From Lama guanicoe (lineage: Eukaryota): 64,000 bases of DNA. The stretch lies in contig MU054132.1 of NCBI GenBank assembly GCA_013239625.1, positions 372,001 through 436,000 of the forward strand, given 5' to 3'. Below the pieces are notes generated by a model, which searched no databases, was not told the DNA's origin, and saw only the letters and a program-made list of their open reading frames with translations. Position numbers and translations under genes: made by a program. Of this stretch, positions 54,873 through 64,000 are shown in pieces. Position 1 is the stretch's first letter, and each line of letters starts with the position of its first letter.

Positions 54873-56400
54873 GTAAGCATCTCTTGATACAAATTTCGGG
54901 CATTGGATAAGAGGAGGGTAGCACAGGTGGGTCAGCCACACACAAGTCCAGTCACAGACCCTGGAGTCCCTGTTTCTTGTGCCTTGCCTGCACTGGATTG
55001 TGGGGACCAGCTGGCCTACAGGCAGAAGTGAGCAGCAGCATTTACTTGCCTTCTGGCTCAGCTTTATTTTGCAAAAATTTACAAGATCTCCTGTGCCCAG
55101 AGGCCCCCACAGGGACCAACGTGAATCAGTGTCCTGTCACAGTCCAGACTTGGTAGGAAAGACCGGACACAATTTAGTGCCATAGTAGATGGAGAAGGTA
55201 GGCCTGGAGCCAGAAAAGGGAGAGGCTGGGAGAGTTCAAGGAAGACTTCCCAGGGGAGGAGATTCCTGCCAGGCTGTCAGATGGAGAAGGTAGACCAGCA
55301 AGAGCAGATGTCTGGAAGCCTGGAGAGGAGGTGCATCAGGGAAGGGCTAGGTGTCCAAGGATGGTGAACAAAGGGGAGGCTGTGGGAGCTAAGTGTGGGG
55401 AACAAATTAGTCATCTTCGATGCTATGGTATGAGCTTTTGACTTTACATAGTAGGGACTATTATTTCAAGTCTTTCTAGCAGTCTATGTCTGCTGCCTAG
55501 GGACCGTCGCCTTGATTCCTTGCTCCTGATCCTGTCTGTCCTTTTCTCTACAGATAAGACCTGGAGGGAGCACAACAGGGACAGGGAAGGGGTGTGGGTA
55601 GGGGCAGGGGGAGCCCTGGCCCCAGGCACCTCCTCTCCATTCCCCCCTGAGCCTCCAGGGGCCTCGGGCAGCATCATCCCTGTCTACTGTTCCCTCCTGG
55701 CCACTGTAGTCCTCGGTCTGCTCGCTTATGTGGCCTTCAAGTGGTAGGTAGTCTGGGCATTGTCCTGTGGTACCCTCTCCCCATCTGGACTCCCAGCCAG
55801 CTCCTTCTCTGACTCAGTGAAGACTGGAGCAGGCTGGCAGGTCCCCCTGCTCCCCACAGCTGGCGCTCACACACAGACAGCAACTGGCCAAAGCTCGGAC
55901 TGCAGAGCTGGGGGCTTTCAACAGGGATAGCACTGTCTTCCAGGACTCTCCATGTGGTCTGGAGCCCTGTGCTCCCAGCCAGGGAGAGTCTTCTACCCCA
56001 GTCTATAGTCCTTCATCCTAGCTCTGCCACACTACATAGCCTGTCTGACCCTCATGTGCCCCTCATGTCTCTCACCTCAGGGCCACATCCTGAGCTTGGC
56101 TGCCGGCTTTACCTCCATCTCCCTTGGCAGCAGCAGGAGGAAGTGGAGCAGCTCCTGGAGGCATCTGGTGAATCTGACAAAGGCTGGCAGGGCCTGGCAA
56201 GCCGCCTGGGCTACCGGTCTGAGGCTGTGGAGACCATGGCCCAGAGCCAGGTGCCAGCCTACACCCTGCTGAGAGACTGGGCTTTCCAAGAGGGCAGCAG
56301 TGCCACCCTCAGGGTGCTAGCAGACACCCTGGCTTCCATGGGCCATGAAGATGTGGTCCGGGTCCTGGGCCCCTTTGCTGAGGGCTGCTCTGTGGTGTAA
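54830..56400 (+). CDS. NRADD: NRADD (neurotrophin receptor-alike death domain protein, p75NTR homologue NRH2/PLAIDD); has a frameshift and a lost donor, so it is either a pseudogene or rescued by intron retention
   Basis: MLHNSS..., TM helix IIPVYCSLLATVVLGLLAYVAFKCW (p75NTR-like), death domain GWQGLASRLGY...TLLRDW...GHEDVV, C-terminal SVV; lies between NBEAL2 and SETD2. Confidence 0.88.
55554..55743 (+). CDS. NRADD: NRADD ectodomain and transmembrane exon
   Basis: Long pyrimidine tract + CAG; (D)KTWREHNRDREGVWVGAGGALAP...LLAYVAFK; donor TG|GTAGGT. Confidence 0.9.
55860..55983 (+). pseudogene. NRADD: NRADD ancestral juxtamembrane exon, frameshifted, donor degenerate
   Basis: WRSH in frame 1, then RQQLAKARTAELG...LEPCAPSQ only in frame 3 from 55875; expected donor GTGAGT reads GAGAGT at 55984. 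Confidence 0.85.
56081..56400 (+). CDS. NRADD: NRADD death-domain exon
   Basis: Acceptor ctcacctcag; PHPELGCRLYLHLPWQQQEEVEQLL...AEGCSVV*, no internal stop. Confidence 0.9.
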
Positions 56401-56657
56401 GTGATGCTTCTACAGCCTGGCCTCTCGCAGAACCTGCTCTGGTGCTCCCCACCACCCTCATCTCATACACCTTCCCTTTCACGGGCTTCCTGGCATTGGT
56501 GACCTCAGCCTGCTCTGTGCCAGGGGGACACAGATGATCCAGCCACCATTCACCTCCCCTCACCCTACCCTCCTCCAGGAAGGTTGGTGGTAAGGAATGG
56601 TCCTGTCCCCCTCCCCTTACTTAGCCTCAACTGTTGCTTTCTACTTTTGTATCCCAT

Positions 56658-56663
56658 ATTAAA
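56658..56663 (+). terminator. Candidate NRADD polyA signal ATTAAA
   Basis: About 260 nt after the stop, preceded by TTTTGTA; alternative AATAAA at 56902-56907. Confidence 0.5.
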
Positions 56664-59052
56664 GGCAACTTTGGACTATTGTCCTGGCACTTCTGGCTCC
56701 GTGGGTGGCTATGTGGCGGCAGAGGCCCAGAAAAAGGATAGGGTCCCTAGAAGGTAGGAAGAGCCCCTAAATTGGCAGTGTGCACCTGCAGATTTGTGAG
56801 CTCTGGAGGCAGAATGGCAGTCACATCCCACACTGCCTTCACTGGCTGAGTCGTGTTAGGAAGTATTTTACCTTTCTGAACTTTAGCTTCCTTTGCTGGA
56901 GAATAAAAAGACTGGCATGCACAGTAGGCAACCTCCTACCCTCACCCCTGACTCTCAGGTTGGCACCAAGGGGCCTTGGGTTTGAGACCATTTTCCTGAC
57001 TTGTGCTGTGACCAACATCAAAGGGAGGCTGGAAGCCTGCCCGCGCAAGGAGGAGGTCAGAGGCAGACTGGTCCTGGGAGGCTAATTACCAAGGGCGTCA
57101 GGTCATCTCTAGGTGAGAAAAAAGAAGTAAGGCTTTTTGTTTCAAGACCTATGTTCCAGACTCAGGAGAGGAGAGGAGGTCTAAACATGCTTCCACAGCT
57201 GCTTACGTGGTTTCCACACAAGCCAAGGACAAGTTAGGTCATCCCACCTACCTGAGGGGCTGTTGAGCCAGGGCAGCTGCAGCCAGACCATCTGCACCCC
57301 GTGTATATGACCACCTTGAATGAATAGGCGGGCAGGTTGGTTACTGTGCCTTTGGAGGGGGTTGCTCTAGCAGACAGGCCCCGTCTAAGAAGGAACAGTG
57401 GCTACCATCCTGGCCTCCATCAGGATCAGAGCACTTAAGAAACACAGGCACCTAAACTCACTCAGGAGACTGGGGCCCAGAGTAGATCTTGTCCCCTTGC
57501 TGCGATGTGACTAGGATTGGTGGGCTGTGAGTGCCAAACTCATCAGACTGCTGCTTCTGCTCCTTCCTCAGTTTACTAGGGCTGCTTAACCCTGTAAATC
57601 TTTTCCTTAAAATAAGGACAGGTTTAGAGGCACCTTCATCTGGAAATGACCCTTGGGCAATAACCCAGGAGAGAAAGCAGGAAAGGCTGAGTGTTTGGTC
57701 AGTTTGAATCAGGCCAGTGCACTGGAGACACCACACCTACTTCAGAGGGCTACCAAGGATCGATCGGCAATGACTGAAATCCTGCATTGAGAGACATGAA
57801 CAGGCCCTGGATTAGCTTGCACCCCTCATCATCACCAAAGGGATTTGAGCTTAAAGGTATCGAGGTGTGTGTAAAAGGGGAAGATTTGGAAAAAAAACTT
57901 AAAGGGAGGTAAAATAACAGAATTCCTCTTCAAAGGGTCCTTTCTGAAACTTGACAGCTCCTTGGTCACCACCCTTTAATGAAAGGCCTCCCAGATTTCC
58001 TTGGAGGAACCTAGAGCCTCAGGTAAAACCATGAGTTTGACTTTGCTGCAAAGCAGCAACACACATGGCTGACCTCTGCAGGGCAAGCCCATCCCTTTTC
58101 ACGTGCTCAAACACGTTAGTTGGTACAATAATGTGCTTGAGTTTAACAGTTTAAGGCTGCAGGACCATGGGAAAATACTTTGGCTACGTTGTTAAATGGC
58201 ACATCTAATGATTACGTCTTCAAAGTAGGCGTTTGTCTCCTCTTACAACAATTCCTTTAATTCAAGGAAATCAGGTAAGATACTGAGCCTCACTGAGGAG
58301 TCTTACTTTCCTCATCCAAACAGTGCCAATTCCTGTGCCTTCAGGTTGTGAGGATCAAATGAACACAACCTGAGTTCTAAGGGCCCAGCAGGCAGTAACT
58401 GCTGCCCACCCCACCCAAGACTGGGCAGACCACAGCCTCTTCCCCAAGGGCTTTGGTACAGTGAGCAAAACCACCCTGGTGAGGAAGAGATGGGCCAGGC
58501 TGGCCTGAAGCTTTTGGTTGGCCCTTCTCACTGCCTAGGCAACGGGTTCATCAGGAGTGGCATGTGTCTCCACTGAGCCCTGTGTCCTCCACGTGATCAC
58601 TGTCGTTACCCTGTGCACTGGACCCCTCTAGTATCCAAGCCCAGTGTCAGGGAGCCTGGTGGGGGGTCAGGAAACCCAAATATCAAATAAGCATTCCTGT
58701 GGCCTCCCTCAGGTAACTCAAGTCTCTGGAGGGAAGAGGTTCCCTGCCTCTTGCCAGCCAGAAGGGACAAAAGGAAAGACAAGTGCCTTTCACTTCGCTG
58801 GGCTATTAAGCAAAGTAATGAAGCCCAGTGCCAGGGAGGCCTCAGGTCCACTTCCTTTGCTCAGAGTACACGTGTAAGATGTCTACCTCAGTCACAGGGG
58901 GCCTGTGGGGAAGGCCTGTGTGTGATAAACTCTAATCTCAAGGAGTAATTCTGGACTTCACACACCTATGGCCATCATCTCCTCTCTCAACAGTGACAAC
59001 ACTTTATACAAACATGCCTGACTAGCTTTTACGGAACACACATGCCAAGTTC

Positions 59053-59068
59053 TTTAATTGATTTTATT
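59053..59068 (-). terminator. SETD2 polyA signals (AATAAA 59063-59068, ATTAAA 59053-59058 on minus)
   Basis: Tandem hexamers at the end of an AT-rich 3'UTR about 660 nt after the stop. Confidence 0.8.
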
Positions 59069-59725
59069 TTTTACATAAAAAGTTCAGTAAAAATTGGATA
59101 AAGTAAAGTGATTTTAAGCAGTAAATCAATCTTATCAACATAGCACAAGGCTGGCCAAAACCACAAGGCAGCCTGCTTTGGAATATTTACATGATAACAA
59201 ATTAAACCTTGCAGGAGAACTTATACCATCCTTACAAAGTCTTCCTGTGATCCTAGCACGTAGAGGCTAAAAGCAAAACAAAAAACAAAAACCAGGAAAA
59301 ACAAACAAATTATTTTCAATATATTCACATATACATTAAAATATAATACAGATCTTCAGCGTAAGGGGGTTGTGGGTGGGGATGCGCATGAGTCTGTGCG
59401 CTGACAGCACCGCCAAGGAGGAGACCCAGGTGTGAGAGTGGGGTCAGGCCTGGCCAGGGTCTCAGAAGGGAAGGTCTCAAGGGCCTAAGCCCTTGCCTCT
59501 GATGGCCTCTACCAACAGCTCACAACCAGGGACTGCTTGTTGAAGATGGAGCTCATTTTTGTGGCTTTCACCTGAAATCTGCAGACTTGAATTCCCCAGG
59601 GTGATGTGTCATCAGTAGCACAGCCCTGTCGGTGGAGTGGGGCGGGGCAGAGAGGGCCCACAGGATTTCTTCTCCCCAAAGTCTGTCCTACCAGCTTGCC
59701 CGTCCTCCCACCCTGGCCCGGTAGG

Positions 59726-59887
59726 TCACTCTAATTCAGTGTCCTCTTTGGGTTTGTAAACAGCCCCAAACTTCTGCATGTACTTCTTAATGTACTCCTT
59801 GGTTTTGTGTTTCACATTCTCATTGCACTCCAGGTCCTCAGGGTTCTTACAGTACTTCAGCTCCTTATTCATAACGCCGTGAGTCAG
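59726..59887 (-). CDS. SETD2: SETD2 terminal coding exon
   Basis: LTHGVMNKELKYCKNPEDLECNENVKHKTKEYIKKYMQKFGAVYKPKEDTELE*. Confidence 0.95.
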   Translation of the reverse strand: MTHGVMNKELKYCKNPEDLECNENVKHKTKEYIKKYMQKFGAVYKPKEDTELE

Positions 59888-62125
59888 CTGTCCAGGACAC
59901 AGGAAGAAAGACCACAGCCACCAATCAGAGTGGAAATGATTTGAAGGGGTAGACCAGCCTGCTGTCTTGGGGCCCTTCTTACCAAGACTGGCAGCTGACC
60001 AAGGGGGTAGCTGGGGCAGGCTGTTGCTGGGATCACCAGAAAGGGGAAGCTCAGCTCTTAGAGAACTTCCCTGCCTGTATCTTCCCTCCCTGTTCCTGTG
60101 TCCCCAGCCTGGGCATCCGGCAAGGAAAACCCACTTTCTATGATGAAAGAGACCGTCTTAGAAGGTGCAGTTTGCCCAGAACATTCTAAGACCACAAGTA
60201 GGGGGAGTACCTTGCGAGCTAGGTGTTTGAAGTCTTCAGTTGTGGTAATTCTTCCCACTTTGCAGTCAGGTTTCCGATAAGGGTTCAGGCACTGGACAAT
60301 GAACTGGGACATCTGCAGGCAGAGGGAAGAGAATATACTGCTTAATAGCCCAGAGGCGGCATGAAGTTGTACTGAGGAAATAATCAGAAAAGACAGCAAG
60401 TAGAGCCAGCCAATCCTTCCCTTTCCCTCACTCAGGCTGGCTAGTGTGGACAGAAGAATGCTAGTATGCCAGTGGGATATAAGAGAAAAGGACCCCAGGT
60501 CAGCCTTGAGGGGGAAAAGCTCCCTTGGATGGACTGAACAAGCCTGACAGAGCAGCAGATGGAGGGACCGAGCAGCAGGACTCCACTGCTGAATCTCATG
60601 GCAGCCCCAGGCTTCAGCTAACAGATCTTGTGTCCTTGGCATAAAGAGACTATAGCTAAATCCTCTGCCCCTGGAGGCAGGGCAGACAGGGCCTTTCCAG
60701 GCTACCATTTTGTTATAGAAGGCTACTTAGTCTGTAAGTGTTGCACTTCATTTGAGTCACACTACATCAGTGCCAAGCAGATGGAAGCATGGTATGGCAG
60801 CTGGCTGGAGAAGCTCTGGAGTAAGACCTTTTCAATACACAACTTCCAGTGTCCCTCTGAGTTATTTCTGTACTGTCTGTCCTACCTAGTGGCTCTCAAA
60901 AGAGATCCAGGCACAGGACTGCTGAAGTATTCGTGGTGCTAAGATCCCAGGGGACAAAGGGAGCGAGGAGGTCAGTGATAGCGACTTTGCCATGGAGCAC
61001 CATGAACAGGGTCTACCTAGCCCTGTAAGTCAGTGAGCTTTGAGATGTTCAAAGAACAGGCTAAAACACAAGGTAGGCACTAAATAAACAGCTGATAGTT
61101 GGCTGAGCTGAAATGCCAATAATTTTACACAGGGACAGTGAGAAACTAAGTTTTATCCCTAGAGAAGGCTTTTACTCAAAGTTTTCCCGTGGTCTCCTGG
61201 CCTTCATACTCTCTCCCTTCAATCTATCCTCAAATACAATAGGAAATTTCTTTATTCCCAGCTTAAAATCCTGCAGTGGTTCCCTGTAACTCATAGACAC
61301 ACAGGCCCTATATAAAGTAGCACAACACTGTTCAGCCTCATCTTCCAACACCCCTCGCAAACCCTGTGCTACAGTCCACGGATTCCCCGGAAGGGACGAT
61401 GCTTTCTTTTGACTCTGTACACTCTACTGCCTGAATTACATCCCTCCTGATCTACCTGGCAAACTTCTACCCCTGACCCAAGAGCCCTTCCTGATACCCT
61501 GAATAGTGGCCTCCAGCCCTACTGTGGCACACTCGTCACACAGCTGCCACACACAGTTGCTTATTTACGTGTCTACTTCCAACCGACCATGAACCACTTC
61601 AGTGAAGAAAGGCTGGAATGTAGAATCTGGATGCCTTGAGGCAGAAAGGATTAGTGTCCTGATAGCTGGAAACACACTTCCAGCAACATAAAGCTTTCTC
61701 CCAATCACTTCATCAGGCAGCCACCAAATGAGGTATCAAAGAAAGAGAACTAGACTTCGAGCCAGAAGGCATGAGTTCAACTCTTCTGTCTACAGGTTGC
61801 CTTCTCTGAACCTTAAGAGATCCTCCACCAACATAAGAGGAATGACAGTTCTGGTCTTGCCTACCTCAAGCACTTGCTGTAGGGTAAAACGAGATCATGG
61901 GTATAAAAGTGCTTCTTACCTAATTGTAAAGAATCACACCAATGTGTCATCACATAACCACTGCACAGTCAAATCACAGAAGCAAGGGAACACCCAAAAG
62001 GAAGGCAGCCTAATGTTACAAATAGCACAGCCACCAAACCTTACCTCTTTTCTGAATACTTCTTTGCTCTTCTTAGCTAGCTCACTGGAGGTGTCTGCTT
62101 CTGCTGTCTTAGGCTTTTTTGAAGT
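59726..62125 (-). CDS. SETD2: SETD2 histone H3K36 methyltransferase, 3' end (last three coding exons, SRI domain); gene continues past the right edge
   Basis: Exons 62045-62125, 60211-60312 and 59726-59887 join to TSKKPKTAEADTSSELAKKSKEVFRKE-MSQFIVQCLNPYRKPDCKVGRITTTEDFKHLARK-LTHGVMNKELKYC...PKEDTELE*. Confidence 0.96.
60211..60312 (-). CDS. SETD2: SETD2 penultimate exon
   Basis: MSQFIVQCLNPYRKPDCKVGRITTTEDFKHLARK, AG/GT flanks. Confidence 0.95.
61200..61600 (+). mobile_element. L2 fragment in a SETD2 intron
   Basis: CTTAAAATCCTGCAGTGGTTCCC...CTGGCAAACTTCTAC...CCTTCCTGATACCC. Confidence 0.5.
61745..61915 (+). mobile_element. MIR SINE
   Basis: GAGCCAGAAGGCATGAGTTCAACTC...CCTACCTCA...TGTAGGGTAAAACGAGATCATGGGTATAAAAGTGCTT. 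Confidence 0.55.
62045..62125 (-). CDS. SETD2: SETD2 third-to-last exon
   Basis: TSKKPKTAEADTSSELAKKSKEVFRKE, AG/GT flanks. Confidence 0.94.
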
Positions 62126-64000
62126 CTAGAAATGGAAAAGAAAACACAACAGTGTGGGCATGAGAGATCAGCTTAGTGATGCCCTGTTCTTCCAGAACCT
62201 TCCTTTTTTTTCCCCCAGGTGAGATACCTGACTCTTGGTATTAGGATCCTAAAGGGACACGGCCTGGAGTCAGCTTAGCTGCTGTTACCACTCTCACCTC
62301 ATGTTTAAATCCTGTCATCTGGCTCTGGCCTCGTTCCTATAAACCAAGTTCTAATTCTCTACCCTAAGTCTAAGCTACATCTCTGATGTAGCTAAACATC
62401 TGTTTCAGGGTGACTTTCTCTGCAGAGGAAATGTGCTCTGTGACTTGGACACTCAGGCCCCTGTTCTGAGCTGCAGTGTCAAGGGAGGCCCTGGTTTGAT
62501 GAACTCCACCTCTCCCATCTCTGACATTCTAGGATTCCAGGACAAAGACAAAATGCTCTGTTCTGAACACCTTTTGCCACACAACTGAAAGGTCCAACCA
62601 CATCATGGTCCTCATTCAAGTCACTCCACACCCCTTGGATACTCATCACTTTTCCTCCAAAGGCAGAGCTGGCCAGACTGTAGGAGACAGTCTCAGCATG
62701 CAGGAGATGCTCCTTGGAGGTTGGTATCCTCAGTTCAGGAATGGAAAGACTAAAAAGGCATCTAAGTATCTGAGGGGGACACGAGGGTCATCCAAGTCAG
62801 TGACTAGGTGAGTAGGATCTACAACAGAAGATACTCTGTCCCAAGATGGTAAGATGATGACAAACCTAGGAATATTCCCTTCCAGCAGTGCTGGGGGGAG
62901 GGGGGAGACTGCCAAGTTCCCCACAACCAGGCACTGCTGAGAGGTGAGAGCACTTGCCATGCAAAGTCATCTCCCCATACGTTTGCTCACCACCAGCCAT
63001 CAAGCCTTTTCCTAGTAAATGTACCTTTTCGTGGAAAAGATTATGCGTATCCCCTCTGTGAATACAAGTCACTTCAGATGGATGCAGAAGCTGCAGCTGG
63101 TATTATAGGTACTTCGTGTTTTTGCTAGCCGCTTAAAGCACAAAACTTTTTCTATTCCCAACCCACCCTCAGTTCTGATTCCTCTATTTCCATCAACAGT
63201 ATGAAGGTGCTGGTGATGAAGGAGCTGTTCAACTCCCTCTGCTCTGGATTGGCTCCAGAGAAAGGCGACACTCCCTTGGCTTTGGGCTTCTGTAAATCAG
63301 CTTTCTCTGATTTGTTGTAAGAGCTTTACATATTTTCCATTTTTCTACTTTCTGTGGCTACTGGGAACAGGAAAGGGAGGGCAGGGTAGAAAAAACAGAT
63401 TCTACCTCTGGTTTCAGGAAACAAAACACAAATAACTATTTTCAAATGTTTTGCTTTGGCCCCTTCCCCAGGGTAGTTGGAATGGTCCTCCCACTTGTTG
63501 GCATGTGAAGTTACCCAGCCCACAAAAACTGGCAACACCACTCCTCGTGGCCACCCCTCTCGCTCCCTCATCTTCAGGGACGGCCGGCACTGAAGTGGAT
63601 ATGGAGTCTGTATCTATTTTTACTCCAACCTGAGCACCCAACCCCCACACCTTGTGGCCTTTCTCTCGCCTTTTGAAACAGCCTACACTCTATGTAGTAG
63701 GTATCTCTCTAAATAAATCTACCTTTACTCAAAAAAAAGTTTTGCTTTGGGATTTTGTGGTTATTTTTTCAAGGAGTGTAGAGTGTAGGTGTGTTTCACA
63801 GTAAGATCTCACTTAGCAAGGGATCAAGAATTGCCTGAATAAGCCAAGGTAATTTCAACACAATCTCAGCTGTTCTCCTGATCTCAAAAATGAGTTATCA
63901 ACAGCAACAAGTACAGAAGGCCCCTTGAGGTATGACAGCCCCCTCAAGGGTCTGGGTCACAAAGAGGAGGCCAGGCTTGCAGTGAGGATACTGTGTAAAC

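Noticed and set aside
60058..60708. 216-aa minus-strand ORF
   Set aside because: Only 60211-60312 is SETD2 coding; the rest is intronic read-through

Overview
Mammalian genomic DNA, most likely camelid, judged from a Vic-1-like tRNA-derived SINE and young L1 3' ends. The window holds the CCDC12-NBEAL2-NRADD-SETD2 gene block. It contains CCDC12 exon 1 and about 21 kb of its repeat-rich first intron on the minus strand. NBEAL2 is complete and intact on the plus strand: 54 GT-AG exons traced by hand, 8250 nt CDS, 2749 aa. The p75NTR homologue NRADD follows on the plus strand, and the last three coding exons and 3'UTR of SETD2 lie on the minus strand. The most striking observation is in NRADD. 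A frameshifting deletion in the juxtamembrane exon and a GT>GA loss of the next splice donor cancel out if the 97-nt intron is retained, giving one stop-free 257-aa ORF with an intact TM helix and death domain but a new linker. Also found are a candidate alternative first coding exon of NBEAL2 (MEPALGPGVQ) with its own motif cluster, a 145-codon upstream overlapping ORF, and several stop-free in-frame introns. Gene identities and repeat families are recognised from memory, not from a database search.
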